From positions 1,782 to 65,781 of the forward strand of contig CAJMSZ010000002.1 of NCBI GenBank assembly GCA_905216215.1: a DNA stretch of 64,000 nucleotides, given 5' to 3'. The notes under the pieces were generated by a model that saw nothing but the letters and a program-made list of their open reading frames with translations, searched no databases and was not told the DNA's origin. The stretch's first letter is position 1; every line of letters starts with the position of its first letter. This DNA is from an uncultured bacterium (lineage in GTDB: Bacteria; Bacillota; Clostridia; Lachnospirales; Lachnospiraceae). The position numbers and the translations under genes were made by a program. This document shows, piece by piece, positions 30,236 to 40,289 of the stretch.

Positions 30236-31366
30236 CTATAATATTCCTGTGATATATAAAAGCCAGATGATGGCATATGTAGCTGCACCGAACAAAACGG
30301 ATAAACCAACCATCCATTTTACCACTGCCCCTTTGTCCGCCGGCAAATTTCCTACAAATTTCCCGGTCTGTCCATTCATGGCAAAGGTATACTGTCTTCC
30401 ATTCCATGTAGTATTCAAAAGCCATACCGGATACAGCGCATATCTGGCTGTTCCGTTTTGGAGCTGAATACTGCTGTTCTCCGTCACAACAGTCTCATAT
30501 CCCTGCACAGTCTCTGCAAAAGCTTCTTCCGTCGACTTTTTTACGCGGGCATTTGCACGGTCAATACTCTCTTCTGCGCTCACATCATATTTATCCGCAA
30601 AATATCCCGCCAGATATGCAGTCTGAAAATCTACAGCCTCACTAAAATCATAAGGCTCAATGGATTCCATCAAATCATCTGCCATTTTGGAAGAACCATC
30701 TACCGGGACATGGGTAAATCCGATATTTCCGCCTCTGTAAACCAGATAATAGCTGGTATCTGTATAATCATAATCCCGGTCACTCCAGAATCTTACTCTG
30801 GTCGCACGATATCTTACTCTTGCGTCTGCATCTGTATCAAACAGCCAGAAAGGAACATAGATTCCCTTAATCTCATCAATATGATTCTGATCCTTAAACA
30901 CCTTTGGGAGCAGGTGTTTGCCGGTCAAATACCTGTTCATCCCCTCTTTTGCCACTTTTTTATCCAACCGAAACGGAATCACAACATCCGGCTTTAATAT
31001 ACCCGATACCTGCCCCATCATAACCACCGGATTCCCGCAAAAAGGACAGGTCGTTGCCACCGTATTTTCATCGCCTACGATTTCTCCTCCACAGGATTTA
31101 CACAGAAAGGTTCTCAGTCCATCTGTCTCCCCTTCCTGCCACGCACTTCCTGCCTCTGTATGCCATTCCATAGTGTCTGCCTGCTCATTTTGCAGTTCTT
31201 CATCATACTTTTTCAGTGTTTCCATCTCAAATTCCGTGTCACAATAAGGGCACTTCATCTTCTGGGCTGTACTGTCAAAGGTAATCGCTCCGCCGCAGCA
31301 TGGGCATTTATATTCTTGTAATTCTGCCATAGCCAGCTCTCCTCTTTCCTCGCAGATTTCCATCAC
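30236..31366 (-). CDS. Double zinc-ribbon membrane protein (YdjG-like).
   Basis: Two N-terminal zinc ribbons (CPCCGG...CPYCD and CKSCGG...CPFCGN), a central domain of unknown function, and a C-terminal TM helix (VGLSVLFGAATYAIIWLLYITGIL). Confidence 0.7.
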   Translation of the reverse strand: MMEICEERGELAMAELQEYKCPCCGGAITFDSTAQKMKCPYCDTEFEMETLKKYDEELQNEQADTMEWHTEAGSAWQEGETDGLRTFLCKSCGGEIVGDENTVATTCPFCGNPVVMMGQVSGILKPDVVIPFRLDKKVAKEGMNRYLTGKHLLPKVFKDQNHIDEIKGIYVPFWLFDTDADARVRYRATRVRFWSDRDYDYTDTSYYLVYRGGNIGFTHVPVDGSSKMADDLMESIEPYDFSEAVDFQTAYLAGYFADKYDVSAEESIDRANARVKKSTEEAFAETVQGYETVVTENSSIQLQNGTARYALYPVWLLNTTWNGRQYTFAMNGQTGKFVGNLPADKGAVVKWMVGLSVLFGAATYAIIWLLYITGIL

Positions 31367-31397
31367 TCAACTGTCTGAAAACTATTATAATTCCCAA

Positions 31398-32603
31398 TTA
31401 TTCCGGTTTTTTCGCTCCACAGTTCTGACAGAATTTCCCTGTATTTACCGTTCCGCAGGTGCATGTCCATCCAGCCCCGGCTGGTCTTGGCGCACCACAC
31501 TCCGGGCAAAATTTTCCTGTTGAAACTGCTCCACAGGAGCATCTCCAGCTATTAGCGTCAACTGCCTGCTGCTGTCCCATCTGCTGCGCCTGCTGCTGTC
31601 CCATTGCATATAAGTTCTGCGGATTCACACCGCCATTTGCATTCATGGCCATTCCCATCCCCATAAATCCTGTCATGGCCCCTGCGCCATTTAAAGCCGC
31701 TGATTTCATAGCCTCTGCCTGGGCTTCTACCAATGTAGCTGCTGCCATAGACGGGTCTCTCATCACTGCGGTACGCTGTGCCTGTTTAATCATCTCGGCA
31801 TCTTCTTCCGGAAGCGTTACCGTTCCAAGAGCAATGCTGACAATCTTCAGACCTCTTGACGCACCCCACTTTTCGGAAAGGGCCGTATTCATAGCCTCTT
31901 CCAGTTCTGTATTATGACTTACAATCTGACTCGGGCGCATTTCCAAGTCAGAAAGTCTGCCAAATGCAGGCTGGAGTGCACTGATAAATTCGGTTTTCAG
32001 TTGCCTATCCAGTTCATCTCTTGTATATTCATTTGTGATATTTCCACACACATTTGTATAGAAAATAAGCGGGTCTGCAATCCGGTAAGAATACACACCG
32101 GAACATCGTACAGACACATCAATGTCAAGTCCGATTTTAGAATCCACCACACGGAACGGAATTGGATTTGGTGTACCAAACTTATTGTCCGTCAATTCTT
32201 TCGTATTGAAATAATAAACCCTCTGGTCTTTGGCGGTATCACCTCCAAAAGAAAATCTTCTTCCAATAGTTTTAAAAGTCTCCTGAATACTCTCGCCCAG
32301 ATTTCCGGAAAAAACAGATGGCTCCGTGGAAGTATCATATGTAAATTCTCCCGGTTCTGCACAGGCTTCTACAATTTTCCCCTGCTCTACAATAATCATA
32401 CACTGTCCATCAGCCACTGAAATCACACTTCCATTGGAAATAATATTGTCATTTCCTTTATTGTTTGCAAAGAAGCCAGATGTCTTCTTCTGTCCTCTCT
32501 TTACCATAATGTCAGGGCTCATTGCCTCACAGTAAAAATACTCTTTCCACTGATCAGAAAGTGTGCCTCCAACTGCATTTAATCCCGCTCTGATAAGTCC
32601 CAT
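31398..32603 (-). CDS. SPFH/band-7 domain protein with C-terminal zinc ribbons (COG4260, YdjI-like).
   Basis: The SPFH-like N-terminal domain starts MGLIRAGLNAVGGTLSDQWKEYFYCEAM. The C-terminus carries tandem zinc ribbons (CSCGAVSTGKFCPECG and CTCGTVNTGKFCQNCG) after a Met/Gln/Ala/Gly-rich linker. Confidence 0.8.
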   Translation of the reverse strand: MGLIRAGLNAVGGTLSDQWKEYFYCEAMSPDIMVKRGQKKTSGFFANNKGNDNIISNGSVISVADGQCMIIVEQGKIVEACAEPGEFTYDTSTEPSVFSGNLGESIQETFKTIGRRFSFGGDTAKDQRVYYFNTKELTDNKFGTPNPIPFRVVDSKIGLDIDVSVRCSGVYSYRIADPLIFYTNVCGNITNEYTRDELDRQLKTEFISALQPAFGRLSDLEMRPSQIVSHNTELEEAMNTALSEKWGASRGLKIVSIALGTVTLPEEDAEMIKQAQRTAVMRDPSMAAATLVEAQAEAMKSAALNGAGAMTGFMGMGMAMNANGGVNPQNLYAMGQQQAQQMGQQQAVDANSWRCSCGAVSTGKFCPECGAPRPAGAGWTCTCGTVNTGKFCQNCGAKKPE

Positions 32604-32823
32604 ACTATGTACCCCTTTCCTCTATGTCTACTGGCAGCAATTTGCCAGTTTGTCTACTTTCTTTCTGAGTTCATTGTGAATGACTGTTTTGAAAATGTCA
32701 AGATACCCAGGGATATTTTTCCTGCCTTCCAGAGATATTTTTCCTATTGCATTTCCACTTGATTTAGTATATTATGTTATGAAGAATTAACTAGATAAAG
32801 ATATTTAAAAGGAGGATCTCACA

Positions 32824-33744
32824 ATGAGACATTTAATGAGCCCTTTGGATTTTTCTGTCGAAGAACTGGACAAGCTTATGGACCTGGCGTCAGATATTGA
32901 GGCGAAACCTGAAAAATATGCACATGCATGTGCCGGTAAGAAACTTGCAACATTATTTTATGAGCCAAGTACCCGTACCCGTTTAAGCCACGAGGCAGCA
33001 ATGCTGAATCTTGGTGGAAGTGTTTTAGGATTCTCATCTGCAGATTCTTCTTCTGCATCAAAAGGGGAAAGTGTTGCCGATACGATTCGTGTTATTTCTT
33101 GTTATGCTGATATCTGTGCAATGCGTCATCCAAAAGAAGGTGCACCAATGGTTGCCAGTCAATACTCTTCTATTCCTATTATCAATGCCGGTGATGGTGG
33201 ACATCAACATCCAACTCAGACATTAACCGATTTACTTACTATTCGTTCTTTAAAAGGACGCCTGAATCATTTAAAAATTGGTCTTTGCGGTGATTTGAAA
33301 TTTGGCCGTACCGTTCATTCTCTTATAAATGCCCTTGTTCGTTATGAAAATATTGAATTTGTTTTAATTTCACCTGAAGAACTGCGTCTGCCTGACTATG
33401 TAAGAGTAGATGTCCTGGACAAAAACCATATTCCATACAAAGAGGTTGTACGTTTGGAAGAGGCTCTTCCTGATCTGGATATTCTCTACATGACCCGTGT
33501 ACAGAAAGAACGTTTCTTCAACGAAGAAGATTATGTACGTATGAAGGATTTCTATCTTTTAGACAAAGAAAAACTGAATATAGCACCTAAGGACATGCTG
33601 GTTCTTCATCCACTTCCACGTGTCAATGAGATTGCTGTAGATGTAGATGATGACCCACGGGCAGCTTACTTTAAGCAGGCTCAGTATGGTGTATACATCC
33701 GAATGGCGCTGATTCTTACATTACTTGGAATTCATGTAGATTAA
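32824..33744 (+). CDS. pyrB: Aspartate carbamoyltransferase catalytic subunit.
   Basis: [20 protein letters not shown], and HPLPRVNEI are ATCase catalytic-chain motifs. Confidence 0.95.
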   Translation: MRHLMSPLDFSVEELDKLMDLASDIEAKPEKYAHACAGKKLATLFYEPSTRTRLSHEAAMLNLGGSVLGFSSADSSSASKGESVADTIRVISCYADICAMRHPKEGAPMVASQYSSIPIINAGDGGHQHPTQTLTDLLTIRSLKGRLNHLKIGLCGDLKFGRTVHSLINALVRYENIEFVLISPEELRLPDYVRVDVLDKNHIPYKEVVRLEEALPDLDILYMTRVQKERFFNEEDYVRMKDFYLLDKEKLNIAPKDMLVLHPLPRVNEIAVDVDDDPRAAYFKQAQYGVYIRMALILTLLGIHVD

Positions 33745-33759
33745 GGAGGACAGATAGAA

Positions 33760-34197
33760 ATGCTGGAAAATACATTAACAATTGGTAAAATCAAAGAAGG
33801 CTTCGTGTTAGATCACATTGCAGCCGGAAAAAGTATGGAAATTTACAAATACTTAAATCTGGACAAACTGGATTGTTGTGTTGCGATTATCAAAAATGCA
33901 AAAAGCAGCAAACAGGGCAAAAAAGATATTATCAAAATCGAGTGCCCAATCGACATTATCGATCTGGACGTACTCGGATTTATCGACCACACAATCACGG
34001 TTAATATTATTTCTGACGGAAAAGTAGTAGATAAGAAAATGCTCTCTCTTCCAAAAGAAATCAAAAACATTGTAAAATGTAAGAATCCTCGCTGCATCAC
34101 ATCCATCGAACAGGGACTGGATCATGTATTCGTTCTTACAGACGAGGAAAATGCAGTATACCGTTGTAAGTACTGCGAAGAAAAATATAGAGGATAA
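33760..34197 (+). CDS. pyrI: Aspartate carbamoyltransferase regulatory subunit.
   Basis: 145 aa with a C-terminal zinc domain (CKNPRCIT...YRCKYCE). It follows pyrB with a 15-bp gap. Confidence 0.92.
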   Translation: MLENTLTIGKIKEGFVLDHIAAGKSMEIYKYLNLDKLDCCVAIIKNAKSSKQGKKDIIKIECPIDIIDLDVLGFIDHTITVNIISDGKVVDKKMLSLPKEIKNIVKCKNPRCITSIEQGLDHVFVLTDEENAVYRCKYCEEKYRG

Positions 34198-34201
34198 TCG
34201 T

Positions 34202-34236
34202 AAAAGAGCATCTGCCTCAAGGCAGATGCTCTTTTA
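34202..34236. terminator. Bidirectional intrinsic terminator between pyrI and rnpB.
   Basis: AAAAGAGCATCTGCCTCAAGGCAGATGCTCTTTT is a perfect 13-bp stem with A and T flanks. Confidence 0.8.
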
Positions 34237-34249
34237 ATATCTACACTAT

Positions 34250-34600
34250 AATAGCAAGCAAAACGATAAGCCGGGTTATGTCGTGAATGTTCATCTATCC
34301 AGACCTGCTGTTACCAACAGGTTCAAGCGACCCACCTAAAACGTGACGGGCAGCCACAATGTTTTGATTCGGTCTTGCTTCGGATGGGGTTTACATATGC
34401 CCCTTCTGTTACCAGACGGGCGGTAGTCTCTTACACTGCCTTTCCACCCTTACCTGAAAATTCAGGCGGTTTATTTCTGTTGCACTAGCCTTGGAGTCAC
34501 CTCCACCGGACGTTATCCGGCATCCTGCCCTGTGAAGCCCGGACTTTCCTCACCTGCGGCCTTTCGGCACTTGCAGCCGCGAACATTTGTCTTACTTGCC
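34250..34600 (-). ncRNA. rnpB: RNase P RNA (rnpB), bacterial type A.
   Basis: The minus strand carries the universally conserved P4 strands: 5' side GAGGAAAGUCCGGGCUUCACAGGGCAGG and 3' side ...GGUCUGGAUAGAUGAACAUUCACGACAUAACCCGGCUUAUCG. Compare E. coli M1 AGGAAAGUCCGGGCUCCAUAGGGCAGG and ACAGAACCCGGCUUAUCGG. Length is about 350 nt. A sigma-A promoter TTTACA-N17-TAAAGT lies at 34635..34607. Confidence 0.9.
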
Positions 34601-34644
34601 TGATACACTTTATCATATTTCGTTTTCTTTGTAAACCGGATTTT

Positions 34645-35118
34645 CTAAATTCCTTCGTCCACAATCAAATGGTCTCCATCTGCAGCACTTGTGGCAAGGA
34701 AATCACATCTTTCATTCTGAGGATGTCCATCATGACCTTTGACCCAGATAAACTGCACCTCATGGGGCTTCTTTGCCTGCAAAAGACGTTTCCATAAATC
34801 GACATTTTTCACTGGCTCATTTTTTCCTCGCTTCCAGCCTTTCTTCAGCCAGCCTTCAATCCAGTGCTGGTTAAAGGCATTGACTACATACTGGGAATCG
34901 GAATACAATTCCACCTGGCAGGGACGATTGAGTGCTTCCAGTCCGGCAATCACAGCCATCAGTTCCATCCGGTTATTGGTGGTTTTCTTATAGCCCTGTG
35001 ACAGTTCCTTCTTATGCAGTTCTCCTTTGGAATCCACATATTCCAAAACCGTGCCATAGCCACCAGGACCGTCCGGATTTCCTCTGGCGGCTCCGTCTGT
35101 GTAAATTCTAACTTTCAT
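34645..35118 (-). CDS. rnhA: Ribonuclease HI.
   Basis: [20 protein letters not shown]...[16 protein letters not shown]...[11 protein letters not shown] is the RNase H1 catalytic motif set (DEDD). Confidence 0.92.
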   Translation of the reverse strand: MKVRIYTDGAARGNPDGPGGYGTVLEYVDSKGELHKKELSQGYKKTTNNRMELMAVIAGLEALNRPCQVELYSDSQYVVNAFNQHWIEGWLKKGWKRGKNEPVKNVDLWKRLLQAKKPHEVQFIWVKGHDGHPQNERCDFLATSAADGDHLIVDEGI

Positions 35119-35162
35119 ACCTGTTCCTTCACTTTATTTCTATTTCGTCTTGATTATCACTC

Positions 35163-35648
35163 TTATTCTTTGATGTCATCGTGCTCACCAAGCACAACTT
35201 CTGTGGCATATACTACCTCTGGGAAAATATATTCCAGGCATTCTTTGATAATTCGCGGGCTTCCCGGAAGATTGACAATTAAAGTCTTCTTTCGGATACC
35301 TGCCACTCCTCTTGTCAGCATGGCACGTTTCCTTGTCCTTGTCATATACATACGCATGGATTCTGCCATACCGGGGACTTCCTTATCCACAATGCTTTTC
35401 GTAGCTTCCGGTGTCCAGTCCTCTTCCCGGCATCCAATTCCTCCTATTGTCAACACCAGATCCGCCGCATCTGTGTCAGCTAAACGTGCCAGCACCTGAC
35501 GGATTACCTCCTTGTCGTTGGGTACGGGCTGAATCATCTCTGTGCGGAACCCCACCTGGCTAAGCATCCTCTTTACAATCGGCGAACAGGTATCTTCTTT
35601 TAATTTTTTATAAATTAAGGTATCAACCGGAATAATTATCGCTCTCAT
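35163..35648 (-). CDS. MogA/MoaB-family molybdopterin adenylyltransferase-like protein.
   Basis: 161 aa. DLVLTIGGIGCREEDWTPEA and GSPRI are MogA/MoaB fold signatures. Confidence 0.8.
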   Translation of the reverse strand: MRAIIIPVDTLIYKKLKEDTCSPIVKRMLSQVGFRTEMIQPVPNDKEVIRQVLARLADTDAADLVLTIGGIGCREEDWTPEATKSIVDKEVPGMAESMRMYMTRTRKRAMLTRGVAGIRKKTLIVNLPGSPRIIKECLEYIFPEVVYATEVVLGEHDDIKE

Positions 35649-35737
35649 ATTAACTCCCCTTTTCTTCTCACGTACTTTTGTTTACTTTTATACTCTTGTA
35701 CAGTATAACACATTCTTTCTCTCATTTGTACCTTTAA

Positions 35738-37210
35738 TTAGATGATAATACATACCATTCCACCATTACTGTCATTCACAATTTTCTGCATAGTATCCTG
35801 AAGTTTGGCCTGACTTTCATCATTTATCATCATGATTTTGTTCCGCATTCCGTCCATAACCAGTTCTTCTATGGATTTTCCGAAAATATTTGTGGACCAT
35901 ACTCCCTCCTTAGATTTTGCAGCATTTTCAATATATTGGATCAAATCCTCTGCCTGCCTTTCATTTCCTACTATTGGTGCAATTTCTGTCTCGATATTTG
36001 CCTTTATCATGTGAATGGATGGTGCCTCAGAATGGATTTTCACCCCAAATTTATTGCCCTGTCGGATAATCACCGGTTCTGCTATCTTGATTTCATCCCG
36101 CGTAGGAGTGACCACTCCGTAACCTCTTGCTCTGACAGAATCAATGGCATCTTTCATCGTCTCATATTCTTTACACAGCTTCGAAAACTGCTGAATGGTC
36201 CGCACCAAATCATACTGGCTCTTCATTTCCATTCCGGTCATTTCACTGAGCATTTCATAATAGTAAGAGTCGGGAATACGGATTTCCAAGTCCACATTAC
36301 CTTTATCCATGGCTATATTTCCTATTCTGACATCTTCTATATAACTACTGTCCGGATTTACTGTATCTTTAGACACATCACCAATTTCCCGAATCTGATC
36401 CATAACACTTTTTGCATAATGCAGAAGTTCTTCTTTCAATTTATGTCCCGACGGCAGCATTTCTGCCCATTTAGGTATAAAGAAGCGTACTTCCGAAACC
36501 GGAAATGCCTCCAACATCTGTTCCATGATCCGATGAATGTCTTCTTCTTTCAATTGCTCACAATTCACAGTCATTGTCATAACACCATACGTATCATGTA
36601 TCTCCTGTGCCGTCCTTTTTGCCTCCTCACTATAAGGCTTCTGAGAATTAACCAACACAATAAATGGTTTTCCAATGCTCTGTAATTCCTGAATAGTTTT
36701 CGCCTCAGCAGGCTTATAGTTTTCTCTTGGAAGTTCACTAAAGCTGCCGTCGGTTGTTATCACAATTCCTATAGTAGAATGATCGTGAATGACTTTTCTT
36801 GTTCCGATTTCCGCTGCTCTGGTAAATGGTATCTCATAATCAAACCAGGGCGTCTTCACCTGTCTTTCCGTGTCATTTTCAATATGTCCGGATGCACCTT
36901 CCACCATATAACCCACACAGTCAATAAGACGCACTTTCACATGAATATCATCTGCCACCGTAATCTTTGCTCCCTCTTTCGGTACAAACTTTGGTTCCGT
37001 AGTCATAATGGTTTTTCCGGATGCAGACTGCGGAAGTTCGTCACGGGCCTGCATTTTTGCATGCTCATCCTCCATATTCGGCAATACCAGCACATCCATG
37101 AACCTCTTGATAAATGTAGATTTTCCTGTCCGCACCGGTCCCACTACGCCTATGTAAATCTCACCACCGGTTCTGGTTTCTATGTCCTTATATAAATCAA
37201 ATGTATTCAC
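35738..37210 (-). CDS. spoIVA: Stage IV sporulation protein A.
   Basis: MNTFDLYKDIETRTGGEIYIGVVGPVRTGKSTFIKRFMD is the conserved SpoIVA ATPase N-terminus. 490 aa. Confidence 0.95.
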   Translation of the reverse strand: MNTFDLYKDIETRTGGEIYIGVVGPVRTGKSTFIKRFMDVLVLPNMEDEHAKMQARDELPQSASGKTIMTTEPKFVPKEGAKITVADDIHVKVRLIDCVGYMVEGASGHIENDTERQVKTPWFDYEIPFTRAAEIGTRKVIHDHSTIGIVITTDGSFSELPRENYKPAEAKTIQELQSIGKPFIVLVNSQKPYSEEAKRTAQEIHDTYGVMTMTVNCEQLKEEDIHRIMEQMLEAFPVSEVRFFIPKWAEMLPSGHKLKEELLHYAKSVMDQIREIGDVSKDTVNPDSSYIEDVRIGNIAMDKGNVDLEIRIPDSYYYEMLSEMTGMEMKSQYDLVRTIQQFSKLCKEYETMKDAIDSVRARGYGVVTPTRDEIKIAEPVIIRQGNKFGVKIHSEAPSIHMIKANIETEIAPIVGNERQAEDLIQYIENAAKSKEGVWSTNIFGKSIEELVMDGMRNKIMMINDESQAKLQDTMQKIVNDSNGGMVCIII

Positions 37211-37269
37211 TTGCTTTTCCCCCTTTAACTGCTGATACAGTTTATGAGAACATAGCTTCTGGTAGAACT

Positions 37270-37296
37270 AAAAAAGAGGTTCTTTCGAACCTCTTC
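37270..37296 (-). terminator. Intrinsic terminator downstream of gpsA.
   Basis: AGAGGTTC-tttc-GAACCTCT is followed by a U-run on the minus strand. Confidence 0.65.
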
Positions 37297-38358
37297 TTAG
37301 TTATCCCATGGTAAATCTGAATGCTCAATCTTTCCGTCCCGCAGCATCAAATCACGCACTGCGTCCTCTGGCTTTTTGTTTTCAAACAAAACATGGTTTA
37401 CCTCTTCAACAATCGGCATGGAAACCTGATACTTTTCCGCTAAAGCCTTTGCTGCCTTTGCGGAATAAACACCTTCTACCACCATGTTGACTTCCTTCAT
37501 GGCTTCCTCCATGGTTCTTCCCTGTCCCATCAGATAACCGGCTTTCCGGTTCCTGCTGTGCACGCTGGCACAGGTAACAATCAAATCCCCAATTCCGGTA
37601 AGGCCGGAGAAGGTCTCTACCTTTCCACCCATCTTCACTCCCAGTCTTGCAATTTCCGCAATTCCTCTTGTAATCAAGGCTGCCTTGGTATTATCTCCAT
37701 AGCCTAATCCATCTGCAATACCTGCCGCAAGTGCAATCACGTTCTTCAAAGAACCACCAAGCTCAATACCCAACATATCCGGACTTGTGTACACACGAAA
37801 TACCTCGCTCATAAAAATATGCTGAATGTATTCTGCCGTTTCCCGGTCTTTTGCGCCTGCAACCACCGTAGTAGGCAGTCCCCGGCTTACTTCTTCTGCA
37901 TGACTTGGTCCGGATAGAACAGCCACCTTTGCCTGTGGAATTTCTTCTTCAATCTGTTCTGTCATAGTCATCAGGGTTGTCTCTTCAATTCCTTTTGACA
38001 CATCGACCAGTAATTGTCCTTCTGTCACATAAGAGCACATCGCTTTGGCTGTACTTCTTGTAAATACAGAAGGAACCGCCATTACTATCATATCCATTCC
38101 AAGAATTCCTTCTGAAATGGTATTTGTAATCTGAATACGCTCCGGAATAGTCACACCAGGGAGCTTATCCACATGCTCCCGCTTTGTCCGGAGCATTTCT
38201 ACTTCATTTTTATCAATAGACCAGATGGTAACATCATGCCCGTTCTGATTCAACAGCAGTGCCAATGCTGTGCCCCAGCTTCCGGCACCCATTACACCTA
38301 TTTTTGCCATATTATTTTCCTTCCTTCTTTCCGAAACTGATTTTATTCTCTGTGCCAT
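37297..38358 (-). CDS. gpsA: NAD(P)H-dependent glycerol-3-phosphate dehydrogenase.
   Basis: MAKIGVMGAGSWGTALALLL is a Rossmann motif, with a GpsA C-terminal domain. The probable start is the MAKIG Met at about 38310. Confidence 0.92.
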   Translation of the reverse strand: MAQRIKSVSERRKENNMAKIGVMGAGSWGTALALLLNQNGHDVTIWSIDKNEVEMLRTKREHVDKLPGVTIPERIQITNTISEGILGMDMIVMAVPSVFTRSTAKAMCSYVTEGQLLVDVSKGIEETTLMTMTEQIEEEIPQAKVAVLSGPSHAEEVSRGLPTTVVAGAKDRETAEYIQHIFMSEVFRVYTSPDMLGIELGGSLKNVIALAAGIADGLGYGDNTKAALITRGIAEIARLGVKMGGKVETFSGLTGIGDLIVTCASVHSRNRKAGYLMGQGRTMEEAMKEVNMVVEGVYSAKAAKALAEKYQVSMPIVEEVNHVLFENKKPEDAVRDLMLRDGKIEHSDLPWDN

Positions 38359-38983
38359 TCAGCAAACGCCCAATATTTGCCCGGTGACGCACAAAGGCGG
38401 AAATCACAAAGAGAACACCGATTCCGTACATTTCTAATAAGTAAGCATGAGACATACCAAACAGTCCCATCTGCCCTTTGATTATCAGTCCGACAAGGAA
38501 CATCACGGACACTACCAAAGAACCCAGGGATACATATCTGGTCAGTACTACAATCAGAATAAAGGCAAGGAGACATACTGCTGTCAGCCTTAAATCAGTA
38601 ACAATAATAATTCCGGCAGTCACAGCTATGCCTTTTCCACCTTTAAAATTCATGTAAAATGGGTAATTATGCCCCAATACTGCTCCGAAAGCCGCATACA
38701 TAGAAAGAAGCGGCAGCATATCTGCCTTTGCTGCAAAAACAGCTCTCACAAGTAAAACTGCGAATACACACTTAAAACAGTCTCCGACAAGCGTAATCGC
38801 CCCGGCTTTTACCCCCATGGTCCGAAGGGCATTGGTGGTTCCCGCATTACCGCTTCCGTGCTTTCGAATATCAAAGTGATGGATTTTCCCATAAATATAC
38901 CCCGTCTGGAATAGTCCAAACAAATATCCAATCACCAAACAAATGACTCGTTCCATTTTACTGATCCTTTTCCTTTCTCTCAC
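38312..38983 (-). CDS. plsY: Glycerol-3-phosphate acyltransferase PlsY.
   Basis: Multi-TM protein with [11 protein letters not shown] and FKGGKG motifs. The likely start is MERVICLV at about 38953. Confidence 0.92.
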   Translation of the reverse strand: MRERKRISKMERVICLVIGYLFGLFQTGYIYGKIHHFDIRKHGSGNAGTTNALRTMGVKAGAITLVGDCFKCVFAVLLVRAVFAAKADMLPLLSMYAAFGAVLGHNYPFYMNFKGGKGIAVTAGIIIVTDLRLTAVCLLAFILIVVLTRYVSLGSLVVSVMFLVGLIIKGQMGLFGMSHAYLLEMYGIGVLFVISAFVRHRANIGRLLNGTENKISFGKKEGK

Positions 38984-40286
38984 GTATAAAGAATCTCAAG
39001 GACGTTCCTTTAAAGCCAAATGCCTCACGAATCTTATTTTCCAGATAACGGGTATAAGAAAAATGCATCAGTTCTTTGTCATTTACAAAAATAACAAAAG
39101 TAGGCGGTTTTACTGAAACCTGTGTGATATAGTAGAGCTTCAGTCGTTTTCCTTTATCTGAAGGTGGCTGCTGCATTGCAACGGCCTCGGTCATGATTTC
39201 ATTTAACACACCGGTAGCCACGCGCAAAGTCTGATTTTCAATGACCATGTCAATCATGTCGAAGAGCTTCGGAAGTCTCTGACCAGTGACTGCGGATACA
39301 TACATAATCTCTGCATAAGGCATGAAAGATAAAATCAGACGAATCTGGTGTTCGAATTCTTTCACTGTCTTGTCATTCTTTTCAATGGCATCCCACTTAT
39401 TTACTACAATAATCACACCTTTTCCACGTTCATGGGCAATTCCTGCAATCTTTGCATCCTGCTCTGTCACACCCTCTGTTGCATCAATTACAACCAACAC
39501 AACATCCGCGCGTTCCACTGCCGTTACTGTTCGAATAATACTGTAGCGTTCCAGTTCTTCTTTAATCTTATTCTTTCTGCGAAGACCGGCTGTATCGATA
39601 AACACATACTCGGTTCCGTTGTGAGTAATAGTGGTGTCAATGGCATCCCTTGTAGTTCCTGCCACATCGGATACAATCACACGGGATTCTCCGGTCAGTT
39701 TATTAATAATCGAGGATTTTCCCACATTCGGCTTTCCAACAATGGCAATTCTCGGACGGTCATCCTCTTCCTCCCGGCCTGCTCCTTCCGGGAAATATTC
39801 CATCACCTTATCCAGCATATCACCAATTCCGATTCGCTCTGCTGCGGAAATCGGCATCGGGTCTCCAATTCCCAGATTATAAAACTCGTACACATCCGGC
39901 ATCATTTTATTAAAATTATCTACTTTATTTACCACCAAAATCACCGGTTTGTGGGAGCGGCGAAGCATATCAGCCACTTTAGAATCTGCATCCACAAGTC
40001 CCTGTTTCACATCTGTCATAAATAAAATAACATCTGCGGTATCAATAGCAATCTGAGCCTGTTCTCTCATCTGTGATAAAATCACGTCCCTGCTCTCCGG
40101 TTCAATACCACCGGTATCAATTAATGTAAATTCTTTATCCAGCCATGTAACTTCTGCATAAATTCTATCTCTTGTCACACCTGGTGTGTCTTTTACAATC
40201 GCGATTTTTTCTCCTGCCAGCGCATTAAACAGTGTCGATTTACCCACATTCGGGCGTCCAACAATCGCTACTACTGGTTTACTCAT
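38958..40286 (-). CDS. der: Ribosome-associated GTPase Der (EngA).
   Basis: Two tandem GTPase domains ([12 protein letters not shown] and [12 protein letters not shown]) plus a KH-like C-terminal domain. Confidence 0.95.
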   Translation of the reverse strand: MSKPVVAIVGRPNVGKSTLFNALAGEKIAIVKDTPGVTRDRIYAEVTWLDKEFTLIDTGGIEPESRDVILSQMREQAQIAIDTADVILFMTDVKQGLVDADSKVADMLRRSHKPVILVVNKVDNFNKMMPDVYEFYNLGIGDPMPISAAERIGIGDMLDKVMEYFPEGAGREEEDDRPRIAIVGKPNVGKSSIINKLTGESRVIVSDVAGTTRDAIDTTITHNGTEYVFIDTAGLRRKNKIKEELERYSIIRTVTAVERADVVLVVIDATEGVTEQDAKIAGIAHERGKGVIIVVNKWDAIEKNDKTVKEFEHQIRLILSFMPYAEIMYVSAVTGQRLPKLFDMIDMVIENQTLRVATGVLNEIMTEAVAMQQPPSDKGKRLKLYYITQVSVKPPTFVIFVNDKELMHFSYTRYLENKIREAFGFKGTSLRFFIRERKEKDQ

Positions 40287-40289
40287 CTT

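Noticed and set aside
32604-32823. A possible PyrR-binding attenuator in the pyrB leader (UUCCAGAGAUAUUU) and an inverted repeat CTGGCA-N6-TGCCAG.
   Set aside because: Only an 8-nt partial match (UCCAGAGA) to the PyrR binding-loop consensus. There is no terminator or antiterminator pair between it and pyrB. The evidence is insufficient.
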